From Promethearchaeota archaeon (lineage in GTDB: Archaea > Asgardarchaeota > Lokiarchaeia > Sigyniarchaeales > SOKP01), in the NCBI GenBank assembly GCA_048938855.1, contig JBHLLT010000004.1, positions 32,001 through 96,000 of the forward strand: a DNA stretch of 64,000 bases, read 5' to 3'. The number at the start of each line of letters is the position of its first letter. Positions within the stretch are counted from its first letter, which is position 1. Of the stretch, positions 51,373 to 61,850 are shown one piece after another. The notes beneath the pieces are model-generated. The model saw only the letters and a list, made by a program, of their open reading frames with translations. It was not told where the DNA came from and ran no database searches. Made by a program: the position numbers and the translations under genes.

Positions 51373-52812
51373 TCAAATTATTATAGTATGTTGTGCAAGA
51401 ATATTTTGTTTTTTTTTCTTATCTAATTTCATAATTTCTATATCTTGAAGATTAATAGTAGTTTTTGGAAACAACTCTCCGCTATTTAGTCTTCCAAATG
51501 ATTTTGTCTTATCATTTGAATATAATTTGAAATTAAATTCCATTAGGTCTTTAGCTTGTTGATTTTTAAATTGCATTAGCCAAACAAACTCATCCAAATT
51601 TAGCAGAAGATCATCTAATAATGTAACTTTTTCTAATTCAGTTGTAAAATAAGTATCACGTATTTGAATTGGAATAGGTCGTCCCCATTCTTGCAACTCA
51701 TCTATTAGCATTAAAAAGAAGGCTAAGGGTTGCTCTTCAAAGACATAATCTTTAAGTTGGGCTCTAAAATTGTGTAATGCTATCGCTCTCGCTGCTAAAA
51801 CATACCCATCAAAATCATCACTATTTTTAATTTCTTGCGGAGTTCCTATTCCTTTCAAAAGAGAAAGCGCAGAAATAACTCCATGATCTAAATCTATAGG
51901 GGTTTTGTATTGGAATTCAGGATGCCCTCCTGGCTGAGTTAAGAAAATTTGAGTATCTTGAGAAGAAATTTTCTTATTTGTGAATCCAGCACCTTTTCTT
52001 ATTAAAGTACGTGCTTCTTTTGAAAGTCCTTCCTCTAAAATCTCCAAATATTCTTCTTGTTTTCCCTTCCAAGCTAAATTAATTTCAAATGGAATGAATT
52101 CTAAATCAATTGTGGGATAACATTTTAAAAGCTGATTTACAAGTGAATAATTAACAGCTGTAGTCATTTTTCCAAGTGGATACCCAATATCATGAATTAA
52201 GCCTGTTATCCACCAAAATTTTTCCTTTAATAGTTTTTTATCTAATTCTGTTAAGTCAGAAATTATACTATGTAGAGTTCCTTGCCCAATATCTTGTTCT
52301 AATAAAAAATCTCCTAATACTGCTACACGAAGCGCATGTTCAGTATGATCTCGATAGTATTTCTTTACACTTGTACTATAAAGAAAAGCTTCAAGATCTG
52401 GTAACGCTCGTATTAAATATAATAATCCTTCTGATTCAATCCCCCTCTCTTTAGACACATCATAAAGGGCTGTTGATAAATCTTTACGCTTACCAGTGAT
52501 AAAGTCTAACTCAGGAATTGAATTTTGAATTGAACGTTTAATCTCTTGTTCAAGTTTCATTCCAAAACCTGAAAATATTTTGCCAATTCCTCTTAAATTT
52601 GACAATTCTTTTTGTACTGAAGCTAATTCTTTATCTAAATCTTTTAAGTCAAGTTCCTTAGTTTTTTTAAATTGCTCAATGACTACGGGAGGAGTGTTTT
52701 CTAAAGACTCTTCAACCGTATCAAATAGATTGCTCATCCATTGGTCAAAACTAGTGCTTTGAGAAGAGATTCGATTTAAGATCCAATCATCATTTATACG
52801 AAGATCTGGCAA
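51373..52812 (-). CDS. HD-domain phosphohydrolase
   Basis: RDHTEHALRV, GLIHDIGYP, DHGVISA, IALH, LIDELQEWGR. Confidence 0.8.
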   Translation of the reverse strand: MPDLRINDDWILNRISSQSTSFDQWMSNLFDTVEESLENTPPVVIEQFKKTKELDLKDLDKELASVQKELSNLRGIGKIFSGFGMKLEQEIKRSIQNSIPELDFITGKRKDLSTALYDVSKERGIESEGLLYLIRALPDLEAFLYSTSVKKYYRDHTEHALRVAVLGDFLLEQDIGQGTLHSIISDLTELDKKLLKEKFWWITGLIHDIGYPLGKMTTAVNYSLVNQLLKCYPTIDLEFIPFEINLAWKGKQEEYLEILEEGLSKEARTLIRKGAGFTNKKISSQDTQIFLTQPGGHPEFQYKTPIDLDHGVISALSLLKGIGTPQEIKNSDDFDGYVLAARAIALHNFRAQLKDYVFEEQPLAFFLMLIDELQEWGRPIPIQIRDTYFTTELEKVTLLDDLLLNLDEFVWLMQFKNQQAKDLMEFNFKLYSNDKTKSFGRLNSGELFPKTTINLQDIEIMKLDKKKKQNILAQHTIII

Positions 52813-53074
52813 ATTTATACATCAACACTATTTATCTATTTATTTTATTAGCATTAATTTTTTTGAGTTTTTAAATTTAAGTTTAAATCTGAATCCATTG
52901 ATATTCATGAATAGATAAGATTTTCGTATTATTACTTTATAATCAGTTTTTATCCTAAAAATTTAAATGTTCGTTAATTCATGTTAATCCAAATAAGATT
53001 TGAAGTTGATATTCCCATAAAGCCTGAATAAATTCATTTTTTTAAAATTAATTCATCTAAATGCAGGTTTTTTC

Positions 53075-54448
53075 ATGGTATTTTTCGAGATTGACCATTT
53101 AGGATTTAATTGCGGTAAAATTGAAGAAAAGTGTTCAAAATATCCTAAATTCTGTATGACTTGTATTAAGAATAAATTAAAACAACTAGGGTTTGAAATT
53201 GATTCCAATCTTGAAGTATATGAAGTAGATTCATATGAAAAACGGGTTCAGATGGAACGGGAGCTGATATGGAAGAAATTCTTAGATGTTCTAAATATAA
53301 GACATATTATAATTATGGATAATGAATCTGGTTTAACATTATTAAATTATCCCGTATCAGGAGAAGAAACAAATGCTGATTTATTGAGCGGTTTTATTCA
53401 AGCTAATATTACTTTTTCAGAATCCCATACTAGTTCTTATGAGAACTCAAATTCACCGAGCATTCATAACTTCTATGAATTTCAATATCAAAATTTCAAT
53501 ATATTATTAAGAGATGGAGAAGTGATACGACTCTGTTTAATGCTTGATCATAAAGCTTCTGAAAATATGAAAAATCAAGTTACCCAATTCATTCTCGAGT
53601 TCGAAGAAATATTTAGTAAAGAGTTATTTAATTTCAGAACTGCTGGAATGTTTTATTCAAAGAATATGATTGACTTCACAGTTGATTCGTTTGAAATTAA
53701 ATTGGTTTTTCCTATGACAATGACACATTCAATTCCTCCGAATGTTCTAAACAGTATAGAAAAAAATCAGATTCAAAATGCTATTGTTAATATTGCGAAA
53801 GAATTACTGACTACAAAACAATTCATTTTCATAAATAATTTGCTAAATAAAGTTAAAAAGATTGTTGATATAGAAGCAAATGAAATTTTATATCAAATAT
53901 ATCAATTAGTTGAAAACAATGTATTTAGTCCTACAACTTTAGAAGCAGCATTGAACAATATTGAAATGACTCAAGAAGCTCACGAGGAAAAGGTCGCTAA
54001 ATACAAACCTATATCTTCTATATTAATCACTAATTCTGATTTTGATAAATTAAAGGAACAAGCTAAAGAGATGGATGAAAATGCAGCATATATAATGATT
54101 AAAGAATTAATAAAGAAAGGAAAGGTTGCTGAAAAATCTCTTGCATATAAAGTAGCAGAGGATGAGTATAAAATGGCTTTATTTCTAGCAAAGGAATTTA
54201 ATTTTAAACAGGATATTGACAAAATCTCAAAATTTTTATTGGAATTAGATAAAGAGGTCAAGCAAATAGAACTAGATTTTAACCTAGAAGCAGCTGAGAA
54301 TACTGAAAAAAATGGTGATTTCATTAATAGCATCCAGTATTATCAAAAAGCATTGAAAATTCTTGAGAGTTTTCTAATATATAATGTTTCTGATTCTCGA
54401 ATTAAAAAGTTGAAGAAAAAAATCATAAAACTACGTGAAGAAATTTAA
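53075..54448 (+). CDS. Longin-domain protein with Cys-rich N-terminus and C-terminal TPR-like helices
   Basis: HIIIMDNESGLTLL...ADLLSGFIQANITFS (longin); C...C...CMTC at the N-terminus; GDF..SI.YYQKAL at the C-terminus. Confidence 0.65.
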   Translation: MVFFEIDHLGFNCGKIEEKCSKYPKFCMTCIKNKLKQLGFEIDSNLEVYEVDSYEKRVQMERELIWKKFLDVLNIRHIIIMDNESGLTLLNYPVSGEETNADLLSGFIQANITFSESHTSSYENSNSPSIHNFYEFQYQNFNILLRDGEVIRLCLMLDHKASENMKNQVTQFILEFEEIFSKELFNFRTAGMFYSKNMIDFTVDSFEIKLVFPMTMTHSIPPNVLNSIEKNQIQNAIVNIAKELLTTKQFIFINNLLNKVKKIVDIEANEILYQIYQLVENNVFSPTTLEAALNNIEMTQEAHEEKVAKYKPISSILITNSDFDKLKEQAKEMDENAAYIMIKELIKKGKVAEKSLAYKVAEDEYKMALFLAKEFNFKQDIDKISKFLLELDKEVKQIELDFNLEAAENTEKNGDFINSIQYYQKALKILESFLIYNVSDSRIKKLKKKIIKLREEI

Positions 54449-54456
54449 AATTCTCC

Positions 54457-55593
54457 TTAAAATACATCTAAACTTACTACATCATGGTGGCAAACTGTAA
54501 GAGAAGAATTAGAAGGAGCAATTAATTTTACATTATCTAACACTTCTACAAAGGACGCTAGAATTACAAGATTATGATTATTTCCTTTTAATTGAACTCG
54601 ATTATGAAGGAAACAATTATCTGAAATTATGCTTTTTTCACATTTATTATTCTCTGAAATATATGTTTTGTTATATATCAATGCATCCTTAATTTCCGTA
54701 TTTGCCCCAATATACACATTATCACCAATAATTACATTTGGTCCTATTCGACAGTTTTTTCTAATTACGACATCTTTTCCGATGGTAACAGGAGGATATA
54801 TTAATGCTTTTCCTTCAATATTCAAACTCTCGTCAATTAGATTTTGATGCTTTTCTTCCAGGTTTTTGATTATCTCATTCATTAATTGAATATTTCCTTC
54901 TAATAATTCTTCTGGTTTGCCAATATCTTTCCAAATGCCTGAAATTGGGTGAAAATACAATTTACCTTCTTTAGCGAGAATTGGAAATATCTCCTTTTCC
55001 ATTGAAACTTTTTTATTTGGTTTAATATATTGAAAAATTTCTGGTTCCAAAAGATACGCACCTGCATTAATAGGCATGGGTTTATTTATTCCTTCTGGAG
55101 GTTTATACTCAGATTTTTCGAGAAATTTTAAGATTTTATTAGATTTTTCTTCTGTAATAATAACTCCATATCTTGAAGGATCTTCAACAATTTTACTAGC
55201 GATTAAACCAATACACTTTTGATATTTATGAGCTTTAAGCATCTCATTAAAGTCAAAATTAAAAATGACATCTCCATTTAACATGAAAAAATTATCATCA
55301 CTTAGATGATCTTCCGCTATTTTAATCGCCCCTGCAGTTCCTAATGGGCTTTTTTCATCCGTATAAACAACCTCTATTCCTAACTTCTCTCCATTTCCTA
55401 TATGCTTTTCTACAACATCTGCCATATAACTAACTGCGAGAACAATTTTACGAACTCCTGCTAACTTTAATAAAGATATTTGATGCTCAATAACAGGTTT
55501 ATTAACAACTGGCATTAGAGATTTTGGGATTAAACAGCTCAATGGCCTAAGCCTTCGTGCAAACCCCCCACTAAGAATTATCCCTTTAGTCAT
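54457..55593 (-). CDS. NDP-sugar pyrophosphorylase (mannose-1-phosphate guanylyltransferase-like)
   Basis: ILSGGFARRLRPL...PK, PLGTAGA, LNGDV, PSRYGV, INAG.Y, W.DIG.P, LbH tail. Confidence 0.9.
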   Translation of the reverse strand: MTKGIILSGGFARRLRPLSCLIPKSLMPVVNKPVIEHQISLLKLAGVRKIVLAVSYMADVVEKHIGNGEKLGIEVVYTDEKSPLGTAGAIKIAEDHLSDDNFFMLNGDVIFNFDFNEMLKAHKYQKCIGLIASKIVEDPSRYGVIITEEKSNKILKFLEKSEYKPPEGINKPMPINAGAYLLEPEIFQYIKPNKKVSMEKEIFPILAKEGKLYFHPISGIWKDIGKPEELLEGNIQLMNEIIKNLEEKHQNLIDESLNIEGKALIYPPVTIGKDVVIRKNCRIGPNVIIGDNVYIGANTEIKDALIYNKTYISENNKCEKSIISDNCFLHNRVQLKGNNHNLVILASFVEVLDNVKLIAPSNSSLTVCHHDVVSLDVF

Positions 55594-55681
55594 TGTGAGG
55601 ATTAATTATATAATATTATTATTTTTATGGAATTAAACTAGAAATTAATATTTATTTAATCAGTATTGAAATTGATGAAAT

Positions 55682-56995
55682 TTAGCTTATTTCAATTTGT
55701 TCTGGTCTTAATCCTAATTGTTCTTGTTCTTTGATCATTTCTTGCTCAGATTCTCTTTTTATTATATTTTTCAGATCAGTAAAATACCAAGTAATTACAA
55801 TCGCTACAAATTGTAAATATATCGCAAAAATGAAAAGTAATTGAATTCCAACAAGATCTGCAATTGGTCCAGAAATTAGCATTCCGAGGGGAGTCACAGC
55901 TGCGGCAATACTTGCCACAATTGAGAATACTCTACCTTGGGTTTCTGCAGGGATTTTAGTCTGAAGAATAGTAAGAAACATTGTGTTTGCTATAGGAATC
56001 ATAGACCCCTGAATTAATGACCCTATTGCCATCATAATAAAATATCCTTTTGGTGCTATAGTTAAAATTGAGAACCCAGTAATTCCAATAAAACATGAAT
56101 ATAAAATTATTATTTCTTTGTGTTTCCAATTTTTTTTAACCATAGCTATAATCGCACCTATAACAAAACCAATTTGGAACATTGCGATTAGTAGAGAATA
56201 ATTTAACACTGTACCTGAATGATTTATTAGAACAAATAGTAGCAATTGGGTTGAAAAAGGCATATTTAAAAGATTAATAAAAGAGATAAAAATAATTAAT
56301 ATAAGAAAACTTTTTACAGACTTCAATACATTCAGACCAAATTTGAAATCTTTTATAAACGCTACTTTCTTAGGTTTCCCCGAATTTGAAATAACTGAAG
56401 GAATAGATATTGCTAATAATGGGATAAGTGCAATACCAAATGTAATTATATCAATCCAAAGAATATGTTCTATTTTAATTGCAGGATTAATTTCAACAAA
56501 AGTGAAGAAGATTCCTCCTATTATAGGCCCAATTATCTGAATACCTCCAGTAAATAAATAATTAATTGCATTCATCCGACTTAGATGTTTTTTAGGGATC
56601 ATAATTGGAATTATAGCATTTACAGTAGGAAAATGTATTGCTTGACAAATTGCTCGCACAACATTCAGAGAGATTATAAGCCAGTAATTAGCTATGTTGG
56701 TCATAAAAAATATAATCATTATGAACGTTGTGAAAGCTTGAAGTGAATCGGCTACTATTATTGTAATTTTTCTATTCCACCTATCAATATAGACGCCAAT
56801 GAGAGGTGGGATGATTACCATTGGAAGTGCTGACAAAAAAAATGCAATAGAAAGGAAGGTTGGGCTTAATGTTTCTGCACCTATCCATGTAATTATGACA
56901 AAACGAGTGACTGAGGAGCCTAACATTGAAATTAATTGCCCAATCCAAAAGAATAGATAATGGGTGAATGTTTGGGTAGAGGGCTTTGGCTCCAT
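55682..56995 (-). CDS. MFS transporter (DHA3/macrolide-efflux-like)
   Basis: W.GQ.IS.LGS, G...DRWNRK, Q..IP...QGRVF; 12 TM segments. Confidence 0.9.
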   Translation of the reverse strand: MEPKPSTQTFTHYLFFWIGQLISMLGSSVTRFVIITWIGAETLSPTFLSIAFFLSALPMVIIPPLIGVYIDRWNRKITIIVADSLQAFTTFIMIIFFMTNIANYWLIISLNVVRAICQAIHFPTVNAIIPIMIPKKHLSRMNAINYLFTGGIQIIGPIIGGIFFTFVEINPAIKIEHILWIDIITFGIALIPLLAISIPSVISNSGKPKKVAFIKDFKFGLNVLKSVKSFLILIIFISFINLLNMPFSTQLLLFVLINHSGTVLNYSLLIAMFQIGFVIGAIIAMVKKNWKHKEIIILYSCFIGITGFSILTIAPKGYFIMMAIGSLIQGSMIPIANTMFLTILQTKIPAETQGRVFSIVASIAAAVTPLGMLISGPIADLVGIQLLFIFAIYLQFVAIVITWYFTDLKNIIKRESEQEMIKEQEQLGLRPEQIEIS

Positions 56996-57106
56996 GGAAA
57001 AAAAAATTAATGATTATATCAAAAGTTTATGAATTTGAAAATTATCTAATCATGATATCATAACATATTGATTAGAATTAAAATTAGAAAAAGTAAAAAA
57101 AATAGA

Positions 57107-58873
57107 TTATTTTTTATATAAAGGGTCAGCTTCTTGTAAAGTACGTCTTTCAACCTTCCCCATGACACTTTTAGGCACTTCGTCAATTATTTCAATCATA
57201 GCGGGGCATTTCCATTTAGTCATATTCTTTTCTGTCCAGGCTATTAACTCTTCTCCAGTAATTTTACCCTCGTATCCCGGTTTCAATGAAACCCATGCTT
57301 TTGTGATTTCACCTACCTTTCCAGCAGGATCAGGTAAACCCGCAACAGCAGCTTCCGAAACAGCTTCATGGCTCATAAGCATAGTTTCAACTTCTGCTGG
57401 AAATACTGAATGCCCAGCTACCTTGATTAATTGTTTCTTCCGATCTCTTATTGATATTGTACCATCTTCGTTCATAAATCCAATATCACCAGTTAAAAGC
57501 CAAGTACGACCATCCCATTTTTTTAATGTATCACCAGTTTCTTCTGGTTGATTCAAATATCCTGCCATCACTTGAGGTCCACAAACGCATATTTCTCCAG
57601 TAAAATCTTCTCCATATTTAGAACCAGGCAAACCAGTTGCAAGAGGACCTTTTTCAAAATCTTCTGTATCAAAAATTCCCCAATCCGTCCCAGGAAATGG
57701 CATACCAATCGTCCCAACTGGGCTTTCTCCAAAAAGATTTCCAGCACTCACGACTGGACTTGCTTCTGAGAGCCCATACCCTTCTACTATTCTTCCATTA
57801 GTATTTTCTTGAAATGCTTTCTGAACAGGCGCATGTAAAGGCCCTGCACCTGAAATACAGAGTCTTAACCTACCCATTAAAGTTGGAAACTTTTCTAAAT
57901 TTGGAAAGTCTGCTATCCTTTTGAATAGTATTTCCGCACCTGCATAAAAAAGACCTTTCGGAGCATCAATATGGGTAATTTCTTTTAAGAAATCGCCTGT
58001 TTGTGGTGGTCTTGGAAAAAGCATCATCCAACCTCCTAAAGCTATAGCTACATTCATAACTGCAGTCATTGCAAAAGAATGGTACAGAGGAAGTGCCCCT
58101 ATAACACCTACTCCAGGGTCTTCACCACCTACCCATAACATACATTGAGTAGCGTTAGATACTATGTTGAAATGCGTTAAAATAGTTGCTTTAGGCACTC
58201 CAGTAGTTCCACCAGTCATAATATAAGTAGCTGTTTGTTCCATTGGATCAAATTCTACTTTTGGAAGATCAGGTTCAACATTAAGAAGATCCAAAAAGTT
58301 AATGGCACTTGGAAATCTCACTTTTCCTTTTGGTAATTTGCCAAGAAATTTTCCTAAAGATTTTTTCCATCCTGGTAATCCTGAGGCTAAATCAGCTATG
58401 TTTGTATAAATCACCATTTCAATATTAGACTTATTGATGATAGGTTCTGCTAATTCTACGTATAATGCATCCATGGTTATTAAAATCTTCGCATTGGTCA
58501 TTTTAAGTTGATGTAATACCTCTAAAGGCTTGTAGGTTGGATTTATTCCTGTCGCAATTGCTCCCAATTTTGTTGATGCATAGAAACTAATCACATATTG
58601 AAAACAATTTGGCAATAAAAAGGCAATAACATCACCTTTTTTCACTCCTAATTTGTGGAGTGAAGTAGCTAAAGCATCTATAAATTTACCTGCTTCCTCG
58701 TATGTCATAAATGTTTCTATAAACCACATCATATTATCATTAGCATATTTTTTACGTTGGCTTTCAAAAAATTCTCCTAATGAAACTTTTTCGAATTTAT
58801 AGTTCTTAGGTGTTTTTTCAGGCCACCATTTCTTAAACCATGCTTTGTTTTCGTCTACTTGATATTCAGACAT
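57107..58873 (-). CDS. Long-chain fatty acid-CoA ligase
   Basis: MTGGTTGVPK, EGYGLSE, GPQVMAGY, TGDIG, DRKKQLI, PKS.MGK. Confidence 0.93.
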   Translation of the reverse strand: MSEYQVDENKAWFKKWWPEKTPKNYKFEKVSLGEFFESQRKKYANDNMMWFIETFMTYEEAGKFIDALATSLHKLGVKKGDVIAFLLPNCFQYVISFYASTKLGAIATGINPTYKPLEVLHQLKMTNAKILITMDALYVELAEPIINKSNIEMVIYTNIADLASGLPGWKKSLGKFLGKLPKGKVRFPSAINFLDLLNVEPDLPKVEFDPMEQTATYIMTGGTTGVPKATILTHFNIVSNATQCMLWVGGEDPGVGVIGALPLYHSFAMTAVMNVAIALGGWMMLFPRPPQTGDFLKEITHIDAPKGLFYAGAEILFKRIADFPNLEKFPTLMGRLRLCISGAGPLHAPVQKAFQENTNGRIVEGYGLSEASPVVSAGNLFGESPVGTIGMPFPGTDWGIFDTEDFEKGPLATGLPGSKYGEDFTGEICVCGPQVMAGYLNQPEETGDTLKKWDGRTWLLTGDIGFMNEDGTISIRDRKKQLIKVAGHSVFPAEVETMLMSHEAVSEAAVAGLPDPAGKVGEITKAWVSLKPGYEGKITGEELIAWTEKNMTKWKCPAMIEIIDEVPKSVMGKVERRTLQEADPLYKK

Positions 58874-59115
58874 TATTTTTCACATTATAATTGTTTTTAT
58901 TGGATAATATAAAAAAATTTTACATTAGAACACTAAGTAAAATTAGCTTAAATTTATAAAGTTTTTAAAAAATAACGATGATTTCAATATATTATGTAAA
59001 TTTAATCATAATTCTAAAGAGAAACCATAATTATTAAGAATTTATAATAAAAAAGATTAAAAGATAATAATAATTCGAAATACTAAGAACTTGAATAATT
59101 TATCATAGAAGAAAT

Positions 59116-59478
59116 ATGACTTGTATCCATGGATTAGATGAAATAAATTGCCCTACTTGTCGGATTTTGAAATCATCATTGCCATTAAATGGGGTAAGTT
59201 CAAAAAAATCGATATTGCCAACTTTTAACACGTTATTATCTAGAAAAAAGATTAATCATGAAAAAGAATTAATTGATGAACTCACCCCTTTAAAGAAAAA
59301 TATGCATCCTCCCAATTTCATCACAAAACCCAGTTTCATTAATGAGATTCCTAATTTTAAAAATAAATTATTCTTAGAAAGATCTAAAGAACTCGATATT
59401 TCTAAAGAGGATAATTATGGGATCACCAAAAAAATTCCTCTCGAAAGCTCAGAATGGAAATTTGAAGAGGAAGAATAA
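59116..59478 (+). CDS. Hypothetical protein with N-terminal CxH..CxxC metal site
   Basis: MTCIHGLDEINCPTC. Confidence 0.65.
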   Translation: MTCIHGLDEINCPTCRILKSSLPLNGVSSKKSILPTFNTLLSRKKINHEKELIDELTPLKKNMHPPNFITKPSFINEIPNFKNKLFLERSKELDISKEDNYGITKKIPLESSEWKFEEEE

Positions 59479-59772
59479 ATTTTCATCCTTAAAATTTCAT
59501 AACTCATCGCTATTTTTTTAGAATTTATGCTCTTGATATAATTTTTCTATGAAGGAATAATTAAAAAGAATTTTAAGGTAAATATAGAAGAACATATTTT
59601 AGACTGCTGAAATTATTGGATTGTATGAAAAGTAGTCTTAGTCAATGACATAAACATGGAAAAATATTAGTAAATATATGAATTTCTATATAAAATATAT
59701 TTTTTTAATATCCTATCTTAAATCATAATTAAATACTAATTTTCAAAATTAAATAATTAAGAGGTGAAACTA

Positions 59773-60453
59773 ATGGCACAAATGGAAATCACTTGGCTTG
59801 GGCATGCTGCCTTTAAAGTAAAAACACATAGTGGAAGAATTATATATCTGGATCCCTATCAAATTAAAAAAGGAGAAGAAAAAGCCGATATTATTATTTC
59901 CACGCATTCTCATGGGGATCATTTTGATTCAAGTAGCATTAAAAAACTTATAAAGGAAGATACAATTGTTATCGGTCCTGAAAGTATTGCTGATAGCTTA
60001 AAGAAATTTGATGGAACTGCTTTGAAACTAGGTGAATCATTTGACTATAAAGATCTCTCAATAGAGTTAATTCCCGCTTATAATATTAAAAAACCAAACC
60101 ATCCAAAAAGGAATGAATGGGCGGGAATAATAGTGACATCCGAAGATAAAAGTGTATACCATGCAGGAGATACTGAAAGAATCCCCGAAATGAAAGATTT
60201 AGCAAATCGAAATATAACTGTTGCTATGATGCCTTGTGGTGGAACATATACCATGGATTTTGATGAAGCTACAGATTCAATTGTTGATGTGAAGCCTAAA
60301 ATTGCAATTCCAATGCATAATTTACACGTAATTAATGTGTAAAGGCAAAATTGGAGCAAAGATCTCAGCAAATTCAGGGAATTACTCAACGAAAAGGATC
60401 CAAGCATAAAGGTAGAAATATTAGAAGAAGGCGGTAAACCTTTAATAATTTAA
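59773..60453 (+). CDS. Metallo-beta-lactamase-fold hydrolase (UPF0173/UlaG-like), split by a 30-nt candidate intron; join(59773..60319,60350..60453), 216 aa
   Basis: ITWLGHA, DPY, THSHGDH, YHAGDT, GG.YTM, IPMH. After the in-frame TAA at 60340-60342 the frame resumes NWSKDLSKFRELLNEKDPSIKVEILEEGGKPLII*, which fits the expected terminal helix and strand. SD GAGGTG at 59761. Confidence 0.85.
60320..60349 (+). other. Candidate BHB (tRNA-type) intron within an mRNA
   Basis: TCCAA-TGCA-TA^A-TTTACAC-(GTAATTAAT)-GTGTAAA-GGCA-AA^A-TTGGA: exon helix, 4-nt central helix (3 of 4 paired), two 3-nt bulges and a 7-bp intron stem. Confidence 0.7.
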
Positions 60454-60460
60454 ATAATTC

Positions 60461-60472
60461 TTTTTTTTTTTT
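60461..60472 (+). terminator. Oligo-T archaeal terminator of the MBL-fold gene
   Basis: T12 run starting 8 nt after the stop at 60453. Confidence 0.55.
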
Positions 60473-60993
60473 AATCTTGTTAATTATAACCTGAAGTGCA
60501 TCGCTCCTAAATTCTGATTTTTTAGCTATATTAAAGACAAGTTTATTGGTATTATTTCGATTATGATAAATTTTCAAAATTAACCACTAAGGTTCTTAAT
60601 AATAAATTAAACAAGTCTGAATGTGAGATGATTATTAAAGATTTTGACTTTTTAATAGAAAAGTTAAAATTAATTCCTTAAAATGAAAACGTTCTTTTCA
60701 ATTTCCCTCATCTTTCTAATTCAAATGTCTAAAATCCCTCACAAACGTAAAGAGATAATCAGTAGATTTAAACATAGTATTATAATTATTTTTAAAAAAA
60801 TGTTTTTGAGCCTAAATGAATTAAAGTTGAATTTTGAAGATTTTTTATGCAATCTTGTATTAAATTGAAACTATCCTCGATTCCATTGTTTACTTTTACC
60901 GTATAAAAGAAAGATTTATATATTTGCAACAGAAATTATATCACACTTAAATAGGAATTCAAGGTGATTAAAAAAAAGTAACTATTTAAGGCA

Positions 60994-61707
60994 ATGGAAA
61001 TAGAGAGCAACAATGAAAGATATTATCTCATTATTGCTGGGATTCTGGTCTTTACTGTATTATCTATTTTTGTTGTACTTGTATTGGGATTTGGGGGCCA
61101 TCTTATGTCTAATTTGAATATCATTCCTTCAAATAATGGCGTTTTTCCTTTAGACTCAAAAGATGATTTTTCTAATAATGCCGGAACTATTGAAATCGGG
61201 TCAGTACCAGAAAAAGGCGTTTTCGGACCTTTTGACACCAAACCCGGTGAGATGAAAATCTTTGATCAATATCTTCCTGTAGATCCACTACCATTAAAAA
61301 TCACTGATGACTATCTAAATGATTATTGGGTAGTTGTGGGCACATATGGTGGTTATTCATGGATAAATGGATACATTAAGGTTATGCAAACCAAATCAGA
61401 TGAAAATCTTTGGTCTAATTTAGTAGGTTATATTAAAATAACCGCTACAGAAATTGAAGGTCCACATGGCTGGACTACTTACAATCTCACATTTTCAATT
61501 GATGGCGATCATCCTATCATTCTAGACAGTAACCATCCCCCAGTCTCTCCTCTTGGAGACTTCTGGGTCAATGGACCAGACAATCTAGATAAATGGGTAT
61601 GGTTAAAGGTTGATACCACATGGGAAGGCTGTCCATTACCCGAACAACAATTTATGGTAATACTGACACAAAAAGTAATTTTTCCGGAGTCCCCAACTCC
61701 AAAATAG
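60994..61707 (+). CDS. Signal-anchored extracellular protein of unknown function
   Basis: N-terminal TM followed by a Trp/Pro/Gly-rich, beta-rich domain. Confidence 0.7.
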   Translation: MEIESNNERYYLIIAGILVFTVLSIFVVLVLGFGGHLMSNLNIIPSNNGVFPLDSKDDFSNNAGTIEIGSVPEKGVFGPFDTKPGEMKIFDQYLPVDPLPLKITDDYLNDYWVVVGTYGGYSWINGYIKVMQTKSDENLWSNLVGYIKITATEIEGPHGWTTYNLTFSIDGDHPIILDSNHPPVSPLGDFWVNGPDNLDKWVWLKVDTTWEGCPLPEQQFMVILTQKVIFPESPTPK

Positions 61708-61758
61708 TGAATTCTATTCACTTCTTGAGTGCAATAATATTTAATATGCTTTTAAGCT

Positions 61759-61850
61759 GCTGTGATCGAATTTACTCTTTACCAACGATGAGATCGACCT
61801 TATTCAAATGATTAACCTCGATCTGTATAAGAAAAATCTCGATCCACAGT
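61759..61850. repeat. Long imperfect inverted repeat (about 90-nt hairpin)
   Basis: Nested pairs CTGTG/CACAG, ATCGA/TCGAT, ATTT/AAAT, TCTT/AAGA, TAC/GTA, AGATCGA/TCGATCT. Confidence 0.6.

Noticed and set aside
60340-60342. Sec/Pyl recoding of the internal stop in the MBL gene
   Set aside because: The codon is TAA, not TGA or TAG, and it lies within a 30-nt insertion rather than at a conserved residue.
60386-60868. Short ORFs 60386-60577 and 60683-60868, plus the many antisense or nested ORFs in the track
   Set aside because: Low-complexity translations, or shadows of well-supported genes on another frame or strand (including the three short ORFs inside the terminal MFS gene).
61788-61828. 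SECIS element (AUGA...AAA) in the long hairpin
   Set aside because: There is no matching GA on the 3' side of the core, and I saw no in-frame UGA selenoprotein nearby.
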